From: the human T2T-CHM13v2.0 reference genome, Homo sapiens
DNA: 64,000 bases
NCBI RefSeq assembly: GCF_009914755.1
Contig: NC_060934.1
Strand: one strand, 5' to 3'
Of the stretch, positions 29,011-42,799 are shown one piece after another. The position numbers and the translations under genes were made by a program. The notes beneath the pieces were generated by a model, which saw only the letters and a list, made by a program, of their open reading frames with translations, was not told the DNA's origin and did not search any database. Position 1 is the stretch's first letter. Each line of letters opens with the position of its first letter.

Positions 29011-31415
29011 ATCCCTCCAGGAAGTTGAGATGAAGCCCAGGGCCAAATGACTGTGGACTGGAGTTCTCCCCATCAAGCCTGACCTGGAGAAGAACAACAA
29101 TAAGACATGTAAACTGCAGGGCGTTAACCTCTAATACCCTGAAAAGGACCCCAAGAACACATCAGTCCTGAAGTCTGGATTTCCTGCCCCAGGCTAGGGA
29201 GCCCTCCCTGCTGACATCCCAGCCTCAGCTCCAGCCACTCCCTCCCCTGCACACCCATGACTGCAACTGCATCACACACAAGTTCCTGAATACAGTAGGG
29301 ATCCCCTGACCCCTCTCTCCAGCCCTTCCTTGTTCACAGAGTTAGTGCAAGTTCATTCCTACAGACCCAGACCCAGAGTCACCTAGTCCAGGAAGCTTCC
29401 GTTGACCTTCTGATGATCCCATCTCTCCCTGGCCAGAGGACATCACTCTGTCTTCCGTGCTCTTACAAGACTTGGCCACACCTCTGCCATTACAGGTAAA
29501 AGGGTCTGTTCACACCTCAGTCCTCCCCACCAAGCTGGGAGCCCTGTGAGAGCAGGGACAACAGCCTACATGCCCACATAGAACTTGGCACAGGCTGGGG
29601 CTCAGTAAATGCTGGAGAAGTGACAGGAAGAGCCATGAGCAGAAGAGAGAAAGCTCCAGCAGCCACCAGCAGGATTCCCAGAGCAAGGCCCCTCTCAGCA
29701 GCTGCTGCCTTGGTCACTTCAGCAATTGCATGGGCCATGATCCCCAGCTGGTGAGGAAGCTGATGGGCTTGCATGAGGAGAACATCATAGGTAGTTGTCA
29801 CTGTGCACTGAAGTCCCACTTAGCAACCTGTAGCCCAGAGAAGAACCAAGGCCCAACTAGGATCCAATGAGTCCAATCCACTCCCCAGTTAGGGTATGAT
29901 TGGAAAGAGCCACCCACACTCACATGGAGGGCTCCAAGGTCAAGCTCAAGGCAGAACAGGCCCCCCTGGAGGAAGGGACATTCCATGGCCTGTACCCTTG
30001 GCAGTCCCCAGAGCAGCCCCATGGTGCCCCCAGGCCTGGGATCCGGAGACCTGAGTTCTATCACCCTCAGCCCCATCCTCCCTGAGGGGAGCCTCTCCAC
30101 ACCTTTTTAAGATGATGCAGTGTTGTGGTGGCTACTAAGATGGTGCTGAGGAGGCCTCAGAGGATGAATGTGGAATAAAGACTGAGCGAGGGATGTGAGG
30201 GGTCTCTAGGTGGGGCCTGACACACAAGCCCACAGGGTCCCCAGGCAGGCCCCAGCACCTTGGCCTGCCACAACTCTTCCACTCACCCACTCACTGCCAA
30301 GGCCAGGCTCACAGAACCTGCAGGCCCCGACAGCAGAGCCCCTCGTGAAGCGGAATCACAGAGAGGCTGGTGGTGCCATGTGCCCCCAGGCCAACAGCCA
30401 CCTTCAGTGAATGAATGCCATTTTGCAAAATGTAAAAGATTCAAGCAGCTCCGTCTTCCTCACTCACTCCCATTTGGCTAGGCTTTTTGAGTAGGGAAGA
30501 GGAGAACTTACAACTAGGAAAGCCCCATAGCCCATGCCAACTCCAGCTCATCTGTACCATCCCGGATGCTGCATAACATTGACATGCAGTTGATGTGTTG
30601 GGGGTGCTGAGGAGACATTTACTCCTCCTTAACTGTGCTTTGGGCTTCATAAAATTCAGGACATGTTCTGGCAGTGTGTCATCCTTGTGAACATCGTTTG
30701 TCCTTGTCACAACAAAGAGGAGGTTGGGTCAGTCTGCTCAAGAAGCCCATGCAATGCCTCCAGGTGGTGAGGAAGGCTTCGTGCAGGGACAGCATTCCCA
30801 GGTGTTCCTAGGGGACCTACTGGGCTAGCCAGTCAGATAGCTCATGTTTACTCCAGAATCCACATTTCTTCCCCACCACACTTAGGAGATACGTTAAAAT
30901 GCTTTGCGTATAAGCACCCTGAGAACCTCTGCCAAACCCTGGCCAGAGACAGTGGAACCATATCTTCCCCGATGAAGCCAGCATGCCCTATTTCCCCACT
31001 CCAGCAAGTGCAGTGCTGTACACTGATATTCCTGGAATCATCACAGATGGAAGAGAGGGGCTCTGGAGGGAGTAAAATCCGGACTTGAATCCTGTTCAAT
31101 GCCTAAGTGGCTATTTGTGTGACCTTAAGTAAGTCATTTAACATCTTTAGCTTTTCCATTTCCTCTGTCTGCAAAGTGTGAGGATTAGAGAATGCACAAA
31201 GGGCCAGAGCCATCGTGGGCACCCAAGAAACCTCAGCTTCCTCCCTACTAATGGCAGGCGCATGAGAACAGGGATCAAGACTCTTATCATCGGCGGAGAC
31301 TGAAGACTACGGTGGGAGCTGTTGGCCCAAAGTCCAAATGCCATCGTTCCCCTCAATCTCCTGCCAACAATCCCAGGGACTTGACTGACGTTAAGAGTCC
31401 AGCAAAAGAAACTGT

Positions 31416-31585
31416 AGAATACTAGAGGGTGGGGGATTTAGAAATGACCTATTGGATACTATTCTCACCACCTAGGTGATGGGATCCGTACTCTAAACCT
31501 CAGCATCACACAAGATTCCCATGTAACAAATCTGCACATGTACCCCCTGTACCTAAAATAAAAGTTGAAATTTAAAAATAAAATA
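31416..31585 (+). mobile_element. L1 3' end (old L1PA-like)
   Basis: catgtaacaaatctgcacatgtaccccctgtacctaaaataaaagttgaaatt followed by an A-rich tail. Confidence 0.8.
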
Positions 31586-31849
31586 ATGGTCTGACAAAAA
31601 AAAAAGTGGCCACCCCAGAGCCTTCCCCATTCCCATCACACCCAGCAATGCAAGCAGGACAAAGCAAGCCCAGCGAATCCACCACTGCAGGCGTTTGCAT
31701 AATTAACCACTTGGCAATAACATCCTTAGGCCAGTCTTAGTTATGTGTTAAATCCTCACAGGGCTAGAAACAGGAAGGGGCTAAAATCCTCTAGAACGAA
31801 AATGCATGAATATGTGCAGTGAAAAGAAAACAGATGCTTCTTGAAAAGC

Positions 31850-32015
31850 TATATGCTAAATGCTTTATCATAGCTGTCTCCTTCATCCCTTTTAACAGAT
31901 GAAGAAACAGAGGCTAAGACGGTGATGCAAATGGCCCAAGGTCACACAAATAATAAGTCAAGGAGCTGGGACTTGCCCCCACATCCATTCAACTCCAAAG
32001 CCAATAGTCTTTCCA
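31850..32015 (-). mobile_element. MIR
   Basis: acagatgaagaaacagaggct...gcccaaggtcacac. Confidence 0.7.
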
Positions 32016-33323
32016 CCCCCAAGCTTCACAGCAGAGCAAGAAGGAAAGGAAGCAAGGGGAACGGGCAAGGAATTGGCAAGAAGCAAGAAGGGAGGGGGCC
32101 AGCGATGAGATTAGTCGACACCATCACCAGTACAGAATCCAGCTGGGGAAATACTGCAAGAAGAGCCATCCCCTGAGCAGACTTTTGCAAACACACAGCT
32201 GGGTATATTCTGAGAAAGAATGGACATGTTAGTGCTGCTAATCCCAGGCTGTCCATTACTGGACTGAATCACTTCATACAGGGCAACATGTTCTGGTGAA
32301 AATGCCGGGAGCCGACAGGACATCACAGCCTGGCGGACCACCGGCGTGATTCGGGGCCTGATTAGCAGAGAGCATCAGGGCTGCCGGCCAGTTGTACCAC
32401 ATTAAGCATTCCAAATTTTAAGTTCCCCAGCAGTGGGCTTTGGGCTGGCTCCTGATGCATGAGGTAGCATTCTGAGTAATAATTAATTAGAAGGAAAAGC
32501 AGAATAAGCAAGCAAAGTACATCAAATGGAATTAGTATAATGTCATGTTTCACTTCAGTTTACTTTCAATCAGAGAGGGCCAACAAGGTGACTGGGGTTG
32601 TCTGGAGAATCTGCAGGGAGCCCTTGGCCACCCTGTGACCTGTTCAATCTGCCTCTGCTCCCAGGCATACCACATCCCCAGCTCACCCCCCAAAACCAAC
32701 CCAGGCCAGAGGGAGACCTGCCAACTCCAGCCTCTCACCTCTCTGCCATTAGACTACCTGGGCCAGCGCCAATCAGCCAACTCATAGGTTATTTCTAGTT
32801 TCTTCTCAAATTAATGGATTCTTTACAAATGAATGGATTCTTTACTAACTAATGGATTCTTAAACTGATGGGCCCTGTCTTCATTAGAAGGCTCCAACCT
32901 CGAACAGAGATGTTTTTAAAAGAAATTCACACTGATTATTAGCCCAAGTGCCAAAAAAATAAGAACATCTAATGTATCCTTCAACGATAGGCAAAGACAC
33001 CTCCTCCAGGTGCTAAGAAATCCCAAGGCAGACCTACCCACCTCTGCAGAAAGCTGGAAATTTATTTTATCCCTAGAGGCTTACACCTGTCAACAAAGAG
33101 AGGAAAATTAAAAAGAAAAAAAAAAGGGCTGAGTCTTGCCTCAGAAATCTCTGTCAGTGACTTGTAAACAGGCTTCCACCAGCCTCCCCACAGCTTTTCA
33201 GAGGCTGGGCAGGCCTTGACTCACCTGTCAGGGAACTATCAGGAGCCAAGTAGTGCTCAGAGAATCCCCCCTTACAGGCTGAGTGCTGTGGGCCGAGCAC
33301 CTACGGGTCTCCATGTCCGTTTA

Positions 33324-33695
<372 letters not shown>

Positions 33696-34524
33696 CTAAC
33701 TGCAACACGTTCCACCCATGCAGGCCACCACGAAAAATGAGGGTCCAAGTCAGCCTCAGTGATTCCCGTAAACAGAGGTTGGAGGACGCCGGCGTAGACC
33801 CAGCAGCGTTCACCAGTGTCCAGCCCTGGCTGACTGTCTCCCCCTACAGGTTGGATGCCATCCAACAGGTTCTATGGCCAGAAAGTGCCCTTGATTCATG
33901 ACAAGCTCTCTTTCTTTCCCTATATGGGCCCAATCACGGCAATTCTGGCCTTCAGGTCACATTTGCTGGCAGTCCCTGGCCCTAGCATCCCCAGTCCCCT
34001 TCACCTCCCTCTGCTCCCAACATGAGGCTCCTAGACCAACCATGGCCAGCTGAGGCCCCTGACTGGAGCGGGCCTGGCCTCAGCAGATAGGCAGTGCAAG
34101 CCCTCAGTCCCTGCACCAATCCTGCCAACGCACAGCCTGTATCATGGCACCCCAGCCTGCATCATGGCACCCCAGCCCTGAGGCATGGGACCCTGTCTGG
34201 CTTTAGGGACCTGATTTTCCTTGATAAAACATTCCTCCTGCCTGTTTCCAGCTGGAGTGACTCTCACTCCAAGTCCAGTCAGAAGCCCACATCCTGACTG
34301 GATCAGGGATGAGCAGGGGGTTCAAGGAGGTACAGAGAGAGCCCATCCTGGCACGTTGGTGATCACTGGGAGAGAGGTCTGTCGGCACAAACCACCCAGG
34401 GATGGACGATTCAACAAGAAGGGACCTGGAAGCCAATATAGTTGCACTGCACACTGCTACAAATCTATCCTTGTGAGGCCTGAGGGTGCTAAAGTTTTTT
34501 CATCCAGTGCCAAAATCATCTCTT

Positions 34525-34740
34525 AGCAGCAGCCTTGTAGAAGCCATTTGGCTTTCCCAAAAAGAGACATGCCCAGGAACAGAGGCAGGCGGGTCTGAGA
34601 GTGAGACACGGTCCTGACAATGTCATTTTCAGCCCCTGGGTGCATGTGAGGCTGAAGCCTGTTTCTCCCGAACTTTCCAGTTCCATGAGCCAGTGAATGC
34701 CTTTGTTTGCCTAAGGTGGGTCACGTGCAGCCCAGAGTCT
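34525..34740 (+). mobile_element. Old MLT1 LTR fragment
   Basis: gaactttccagttccatgagccagtgaatgcctttgtttgcctaag. Confidence 0.5.
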
Positions 34741-36211
34741 CAATCCACAGGCCATTTTTTCACAGCCTTGGATGTTTCTTGCGTCTGGTCCATCCTTGCA
34801 TTCCACCTCCCATAAGCAAGAGCCGTGCCTGAGTCACACCCTCCAAAGGATACTCTAGGTCTGCCCAGACCCACAAGCTGCACTGTCCCCATGCCCTGGG
34901 ATGCCCACAGGCACGGCCTGGCCCATGCAGTCACCAAGAACAAAATCCAAATAAACAGTGTTAGTTCCACCAGGGTTTGTTCCTAACCTGTCCCTCTCCA
35001 AAACTCTCTCTGTACTAATTTTGCAAACTTTCTGGTATACACTCATGCCAAGTGCCATGCAAGCTGCTGCAGGAGTCCCAGGCTCCCTGTTGTGCCAAGA
35101 GGACAGGCTCACCACTAAGCGTAGTCCCAGCTGGACTGTGTGACAGGAGCCATCATGGGGAACCAAGCAGCGCGAGGGAGAAGAGCAGAGCACCATGGCC
35201 ATCGTAATGAGGGTGCTGGGGGCTGTGCACAGGGCCCCCCTTACCACTACAAAGGGAAAGCCCTAGACTAGGGCCTCAGCACCTGCCACGAACTCCGACA
35301 CTTAGGACTCAGTACAGTCTCTGAAGCCCTCAGGCAAATCACTATCCCTTTTGAGCCTGAGGGGCTGTCTGTAAAATGGGATGAAAATCACCAACTACCA
35401 TTTTCCTGGGACTCTGAAGAACCACACTTCCTGTGCGGGCCACCTGCTTGTGTCTCAGGAGCCTGCACCTGGGAGTACGGGGAGCCCACCTCCTGTTGGT
35501 GCATGGGGAGGGCACAGCAGCATACAAATGAGAACGCTGGGGGCCCTCTAGAGATGGCAAATGCATGATCACCCAACCATGACCTCAGCCAGCCCCTTGT
35601 CCATCAGCAGCCTGGTCCCTGGAGCACAGCCATGTGACCAAACCCACTGGCTTCACAAAGAACAAGGGTCTCGGTGTTGCTCTGCCCACTGTGTCAGACA
35701 GGAAGGAGAGCCAGCCCCAGGGCCGAGATGAAGTGGCCAGCACAGGGCTCCCCCAAAGTGAAGAAAGGTAGCCAACTGAGGACAATATGGTGCCTTACAC
35801 CTGCCCCAGTGCTCCAGGCCCCCAACACACAAGCCCCAGGCTGTCAACACCCTTGGGGTTCCCAGAGAGGCAACTCAGTCTCCATCAGTCTGTTCAGGGC
35901 CATGGGGATCTGTAGCTCCCAAGCTTCTTGAAAGAAAAGGTGAAGAAGATAAAGACCTCTTCTTAACCAATCAGAGGGAGTAGCAGGGCAAGTGTGCAGA
36001 GATGGCTCAGGAGCCCCAACCAGAAACACCAGCACTGGTATCAGCCCCAGTCCTGCCCTCTCTGGAGCACAGCACAATGCAAATCTGTCCATCATCAGCT
36101 GGAGGACATCTCAGCACCCAGCGGCCACCCACACCAAAACCAGCAGTGGGCAGCTGTGCTGGGCACATAACAGCCTTCCATGGGTGCCAATGAGGGTTTC
36201 TCCCTGGATCT

Positions 36212-36423
36212 AGGCTGTACATAACACAACCTCTAGCCATATATGGCCATTAAAACATCAATTAATTGAAGAGAAACACAATTACATGCTCAGCTCCTCA
36301 GGTGCACTAGCTACATTTCAAGTACTCAACAGCCACATCTGGCTGGTGGCTACCATGTTGGACAGCACAGATATAGCTCATATGAGATGGATCATCACAG
36401 AAAGTCCTATTGCCTGGTACTGC
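36212..36423 (-). mobile_element. MER3 DNA transposon
   Basis: cactagctacatttcaagtactcaacagccacatctggctggtggctaccatgttggacagcacag. Confidence 0.8.
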
Positions 36424-36446
36424 CTGGAGAAACCGCCTTTAACCAG

Positions 36447-36908
36447 TGTGGTGTAAACGATATTCCTAAATATGGGAGACTGGCTGCCTTCAGGCCCCTG
36501 GCAAAGGCTCCTAATCCCAGGCTTTTTGTTCTGTCACTGTGAGGACTCCTCTAGCTCCAGCTCCAGCTCCGGCCTCAGCCAAGTGACCCGCTTTGACTAT
36601 GGGACAGTAGTAAACTTGACGCAAACAGAGGTTGAAAAAGTGTTTGTGCATTTCCATTTCCACTCTTGAACCATGCCACCACCATGAGAACATCTCCAGG
36701 CCAGCTGCTGGAGGAATGTGGGGACACATAGGGGAGAGTCAGGCAGGCACCCAGGCAGCCATCCCCAGCTGCAAGCCAGCTGAACTCAGATGCACAAGCG
36801 AGCCCAGAGCAGAACTGCCCAGTTGACCTATAGACTCATAAAAAATAATAAATGACTGCTGTTCTAAGTTTTGGGACGGTTTGTTTCCCAGCAATAACAA
36901 AGTGATAG
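36447..36908 (+). mobile_element. MLT1 LTR
   Basis: 3' end aataaatgactgctgttctaagttttgggacggtttgtttcccagcaata. Confidence 0.65.
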
Positions 36909-39840
36909 ATCGAGGTCATTGGATGCATTGTATCTGGTATAGCTTATGAAAACGTTAAGTGAAAAAGCAATGCCTTTACCTTAAAAAACTGCCCTGTCAC
37001 AGCTTACCTGTGGCACTGTCCACACGGGGCTGAGTGCTAGTCAGCCCCAGGGCAAGGCCACATGTGCACAGGTGGCTTCTGCAGCCCTGCCTCTTCCTTA
37101 GAACACCAGTGGTCCTCACTGCCCATGGCCTTGACTGTGACACAGATCCGAGCACAGCTGCAGGATGGGCATAAAGGTGGGACCCTGAGACCTGTCATTT
37201 ACAAGCTTCTGCTCCTTGCAGCACCTTCTAAGGCCACTGCAAGTCTTTAAAATGGCAGAGACTGGCCATGTCTACAGAGCACACCTTTCTGCACGTTTAC
37301 ATAAGCATGTGTACCATGAGGGCTTGCATGAGTCCATGAGTATGGTAGGGACACCCACGTGGCCCCAGGGACCTTATGCCTCATGCCAGCATGGCCAGTC
37401 CTCTCAGTCTGCGGGAAAAGTCTCCTTCAGTCCCTTCCCTGAGCTCCCTCTACCTAAAACCATCTCAACCCACAGGACGGTTTTATTTCTTCAGGGAATA
37501 GGAGATGCCATGGGCAAGTAGCAACTGTCTTGGCACCCATGAGTACACAAGAACATGCAAACGGGAGGACATAAGCCCTCAGAGCTCCTCTGCACCTCCC
37601 ACTGCTGCATTTCTGGCTTCTATTCCAGCAGCCCCTAATGGGACTGAGGGTTTACGATCCATCAGAGACAGTTTATGCTCCTTGCCAGCGGTGGCTCCTC
37701 ACACCTGAAATCAGTGATGGTGGCTGAAGCCAGTGTTCCTGAGGGACAGCAGCCCCTGGCTACCACTGCCTGCTCCAGTTGGCTGACAAGGTCAACTCTC
37801 AGCCTTCTTTCCCTGAAGCTTCTGTCCAGCTGCACTTGGGGTGGGGCTGGAGGCAGAGTAACAGTGAGGAGCCCAAGCCCATGCTGCAGCCCTCCTGCCA
37901 CTCTCCAGGAATGGGGCCACGGAACCCCACTTCTCCCGCAAAGTCCTTTTCTCCCTTCAAGAAACCAAATTTGTAATCCCACCCTACCCCATCCCCCCAA
38001 AAAACCTGACTGTCTGCTGCTGCTGCTCACACAGAGAGAACTCCCCAAGCAGGTAGACAATGAACAGAGCTGGGACTTCCCCCACTGGGCCACACAGTTA
38101 GTGCCCCTTCCCCAGAATCCCTTGGCTCCCACAGAGCTCTGGACTTTGTCCCAGGGCCTCCCCAGCAAGCTCCCTGTACACACTGGCCAGCCCCATCCAC
38201 CATCACCAATGCAGCTTCCACCAACCACACGCACCTCCACCTGCCCCTGGGGAAGTTTGCTGACTGAGGCCTTGTCAGGCCTCGCATCAACCTGATCCAG
38301 AAAGGGCATGAGAAAGGCAAGAGCCACCAGGTCTCCAGGCACCCAGGAGAGGCATGGACTCTGGAAAAGGCCACTGGACACTGCAGGGACAGGGAGGAGC
38401 TCCCTAGAGAGGAGTCCTGCGCCTTAGAGAAAGGAGGCAGCTCGGGGTGCATGGGCCAGTCCACTCCTGCAAGGAATGCAAGGTGACGGTGCCCAGGTCA
38501 GGCCTTGACATCGCCTCTCTGCCTGCCAGCCTCACTGCACCCTCTTTGGGCTCTCAGGGGCCCCACCACCAGGCCTTCTCAATACCCAAGCCTGCCGGAG
38601 TCCTGCCAGCACCCACCCGTTCCTTCTTCCCCTAGTACTCACTGAGCACTCTGTGTCTGTCTCTCCCCGGGTACAGGAAAACAAAACTGAATGAACCCCT
38701 GGGGTTCTTTATCGCAGAACTTAACATTTCAGAGGCTGAGAACAAGCCAGAACAAATCAATAGCAGGATAGACAAGGAGATAATTTCCAACAGTGAGAAG
38801 AGCCCCAAAGAAAATAAATGCTGGATGGGAGGGGACTTCAGGGTGGGATAGGAAAGACCCTGCCTCGGTGAGGAGAAGCAGCTCTGGAAACCCCTAGGAA
38901 GAACATTCCAGGAGAGGGGAACAGCACACAGAAAGTTCCAGAATGATGCATCTTTGACATCAAATGAAGAAGATCCTTGCTCGCCCCATGACAAGGCTGG
39001 ACTGTGGAACTGCCAGGAAAGGAAGCTGAGGGTCAGTGGGCACCAGGGACCATCCATGGGGAGGAGAGGACACAGGTCCCTCCCCGCCTCCACACCAGCT
39101 TTCTGACACCTGGCCCTGCTTGCCCGGTACATCCCGGCCGCTCGCCCTCTCCCCCTGCATCAGCCTCCATGACTCTGCTCTAAAGCTCCTGCCAGTCATC
39201 AACAAACAAGGGCCCTCCTCGGTCTTTGTCTTCCACGGTTCTCCAGCATCCAGCCTGCAGTCCTGCCTAATGCCCTCTCCCCCTGGGCTTGCAGGCACAA
39301 TCATATGCCCCTCTGCTCCCACCTGCTCCCCTTCTCCTCCTTCACACGCTCCCGGTCACACTCCCACTAGTCCTAGGTTTCCCCCTGGTACCACCTGCCA
39401 TGTCTGTTCTCACGTGTCTGAGAACAGCATCACCACACATGTGCTAACGAAGCCCACATCCTGGACTGGCGGAGGCCTTTCAACTTCTCCTCCTAAACAT
39501 TTCCCGAGTTCCACTCTCCCTTCTCAGGTTCAGCACTATCACCTCCTCCCTAGGACTCATGCAACAGTGTCCTGCAGGGTCCCCTGACCCTAGCATCTGC
39601 CCTCTAATACATTCCACAAGAATGTTCTCTCTTGAGATCATATCTGCTCACAATACAGCCCTCCTCTAAACCTTCAACAAATAACACAATTTATGTAACA
39701 GTTGCCAAGAAATTAATATCCTCAAAAGCATCAGTCAATCAAGTTGCAAACAAAAAGTCTTCTAGAGACTTCATTATTGTGCACAAAATAGACTCCAGAC
39801 ATTTTGGGTACCTAAGAGACTGTGGTCCTAACAGCATTTT

Positions 39841-40029
39841 TTTGAGACAGAGTCTCGCTCTTGTTGCCCAGGCTGGAATGCAGTGGCATGATCTCAGCTC
39901 ACTGAAACCTCCACCTCCCAGGTTCAAGTGATTCTCCTGCCTCAGCCTCCGGAGTAGCTGGGATTACAGACACCCGCCACCACGCCCGGCTCATTTTTGT
40001 ATTTTTTGTAGAGAAGGGGTTTCACCATG
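39841..40029 (-). mobile_element. 5'-truncated AluS (Sq/Sp-like)
   Basis: cgctcttgttgccc diagnostic. 14-bp TSD cctaacagcatttt at 39827-39840 and 40030-40043. Confidence 0.9.
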
Positions 40030-40146
40030 CCTAACAGCATTTTCTATTTGTTTTTACATTCATCACCTGCCTCCACCACGTCCTCCTCAAACCATGTACC
40101 TTGGGATCCAGAAAAAGAAGCTCTTTGCCCACTCCTGGACATCCTC

Positions 40147-40160
40147 CACATACACACACA

Positions 40161-40195
<35 letters not shown>
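40147..40195 (+). repeat. (CA)n microsatellite, about 24 units with two TA interruptions
   Basis: Seen directly. Confidence 0.95.
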
Positions 40196-40198
<3 letters not shown>

Positions 40199-41899
40199 CC
40201 CTCCACTGGGATGCTCCCAATTTGAAATTTACAGAGCCCTACTCCTCCATCAAGACCCAGTTCAAACTTCCCCTCTGAGGCCATCTCAGGTCCTCAAGTT
40301 GAAATTCATGCCCCCTTCAAATTTAATAATATTAAACAATATTAATAACGTTAAATCATAATATATGGGTAACAGGAGCTAGGCCTTCCTCATTTGTGTT
40401 CTTTATCAAACCCCAAGGCTTGGTGCCTAGAACAGAGTCAGAAACAGTAAAAGTTTATGGAATCAAGTTGAACCACAGCGGGAACCTGCCTGAAGCCCGG
40501 CGTGACTTCAGCAGCCACACGATGACCACGTAGCCGGTGGAGGCAAAGCCCTACTTGGTAAGGAACTGAAGTTGGGGAAATAATTTTTTCAAAATCTAAG
40601 GTTATAATTGTGACTATCCCTCCACTCCCTCTGAAAAAAATCAGATAGTCACTGGGTATTTTTAATACTTTCTTTCTGAAAAGTAATTGAAGCGAAAGAA
40701 GACATTTCAAATTGCTTCCCCTACTATTTTCAATTTCTGAGAAAGGCCCAGGCACTGAGAGTACTTATAGAGAATATTTTACCATCTGTAATGTACATAT
40801 ATATACATGAAGGCTGCCACCTCACACGCAGAAGAAATTCACAGTTAAAAGTGTTTTTGGATTATTGGCAAATTTTCCAAAGGCTGAGACACAACTTTGA
40901 TTCCATAGACTTTTTATTTTTACTTCTTTCTTACCTGAGCCCCCAAAGATATGCTTTGAATTTCTTCCCAGATGTAGTTTACCCATAATTCAAATTCATT
41001 TCTAAGAGCCCTGCCCAGCCTCCTCTCTTTCATTGCACATTCCCCTCCCACCACCAGCTCCTAATGTCACCATAGTTGTTGCAAGCGGAGCAGGTATGAT
41101 GGCAGCAGGGTCTGCCATTTCCAAGGGAACCCAAAGAACTACCTGCTGTGGCTCCAATCACAGGGATACCCTTGCCCTCTGCCCGCTGGAATCCATCTGG
41201 AGCCTCACCTCCCCACACCTCACACCTCAGCTTCTCAGCTATGCATTTCCTCTTCCTCCCTTCCCGCCCTCTTCCTTCCTTCCTCATATATTTCCTGAAC
41301 ACTGTCCTGGGCCAGGCCCTATGCTTGGTTCCAGAGCAGCAGAATTTTAAAACTTCACAGCCCTGTCCTGGAGGAGCTCTGGGTCCTGAGGGTAAGACTG
41401 ACGCTGACCCTGAAGAAAGGAGTGGCTCCCTTCTGCCACTTACTGAGTACCTCCTATTGCCAGAATGTGTTCCATTTGCAGACAGTACTTCATAAATAAA
41501 TGAAGTCCCTGCAATCGATCCATGCAGGCGACTCTCTGTGGAAGTCAGCGGGGCACCAAGCAGGCCCAGGGGCAATTCAGCAAAGGTATGGCACATCCAG
41601 CAGCTGTTGGTAAAATTGGAAGCAGGCCTCCCCCATCACAGGGTGACAAGGTCCCCCAGAGCCTAGGCAAGGGCTGCATTCAGGTGAGTAGAATGATGGT
41701 GTCCTGCCAGATTCAGCAGCAAAGGGCTACTGCTCTAAGTCTACTTGCCCAAGGTCTCATCTGAGAGCGTCTTGTCTGGGAGGGAGGGCTCTCCTGTCCC
41801 CATCACAATCCCAGCTCCCCAGACAACAGTCATGGCAGGCCTGGCCCTGAGGTCCTCCAGAGTGACATCCCATCCCTCACCACAAAAAGCTCTACCCTC

Positions 41900-42791
41900 T
41901 GTATTAACCATATCATTTTTCCAAAGATACATACTTATTTATTTTATTTAACTTTTATTTTAGTTTCAGAGTGTACCATATGGAACCAAAAAAGCCAGAA
42001 GAAACAAGACAATCCTAAGCAAAAAGAACAACGCTGGAGGCATCACATACTTGACTTCAAACTATACTATAACGCTACAGTAACCAAAACAGCATGGTGC
42101 TGGTACAAAAATAGACACATAAACCAATGGAACAGAAAAGAGGGCCCAGAAATAAAGCTGCACACATACAACCATCTGATCTTCAACAAAGCTGACAAAA
42201 ACAAGCAATGGGGAAAGGACTCCCTATTCACTAAGTGGAGCTGGGGTAACTGGCTAGCCATATGCAGAAGACTAAAACTGGACACCTTCCTTATATCTTT
42301 TACCTTTTGATGCTTTGACATCTGGGGCCTCACTTACCCTGGAGGGCCTGTCTCTCCCTGCGTTAGTAAACAACTTGCTCCAGAGCATGCCTTTTATCTG
42401 CAAACCAACCAATCCAGAGCCCAGAACCCCGACCACATTTTATATTGGGATCTCACACTCAGGGCCACTATATACTTGTCCTAATCACCCCAGGGCCAGG
42501 TACCAGACAACCAAGGACACCTCTATGCCCCAGAGCCCACTGGGCTTACTCCCACCAGCCAATCCTAAGCCCACCTACTCTGCCTCACCTGTTCCTCCCC
42601 ATGGAAAGCACAGCCGACTCTTGACCATAGTTTCCCCCCTCCTCCTTTCTGCCTCCCTGTGGGACCTGCTGGCAAGGCAGGCCCTCTTCTCTGGGAATCT
42701 GCAAGTATAACAAACAGTCTTTTCAATGGTAGTCATCTCCTAATCTATTGGCCTTGCCATACCTAAATCATAATAAAGCCTGTATTAAAAC
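41900..42791 (+). mobile_element. MER74-like ERVL LTR interrupted by an L1 insertion
   Basis: Starts tgtattaaccat and resumes ttgatgctttgacatctggggcct...tgcaaaccaaccaatccagagccc after the L1. Confidence 0.75.
41935..42292 (-). mobile_element. Inverted/truncated L1: minus-strand tail (to about 41975) plus plus-strand ORF2 fragment
   Basis: ttattttatttaacttttattttagtttcag joined to catatggaaccaaaaaag...aaactggacaccttcctta. Confidence 0.8.
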
Positions 42792-42799
42792 TCCCATAC

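Noticed and set aside
34581-34590. AGAGGCAGGC matches the 3' end of miR-346, the known GRID1 intronic miRNA
   Set aside because: Only 10 nt match, no seed or hairpin, and it lies in an MLT1 relic. miR-346 is in an earlier intron and was not found here.
35186-35206. Partial RE1/NRSE-like motif (another at 49798-49818)
   Set aside because: The critical GGACAG half-site is mismatched in both. Not supportable without REST ChIP data.
37662-38381. Overlapping 239-aa and 206-aa ORFs
   Set aside because: No recognisable domain, non-ATG starts, and composition typical of GC-rich intron.
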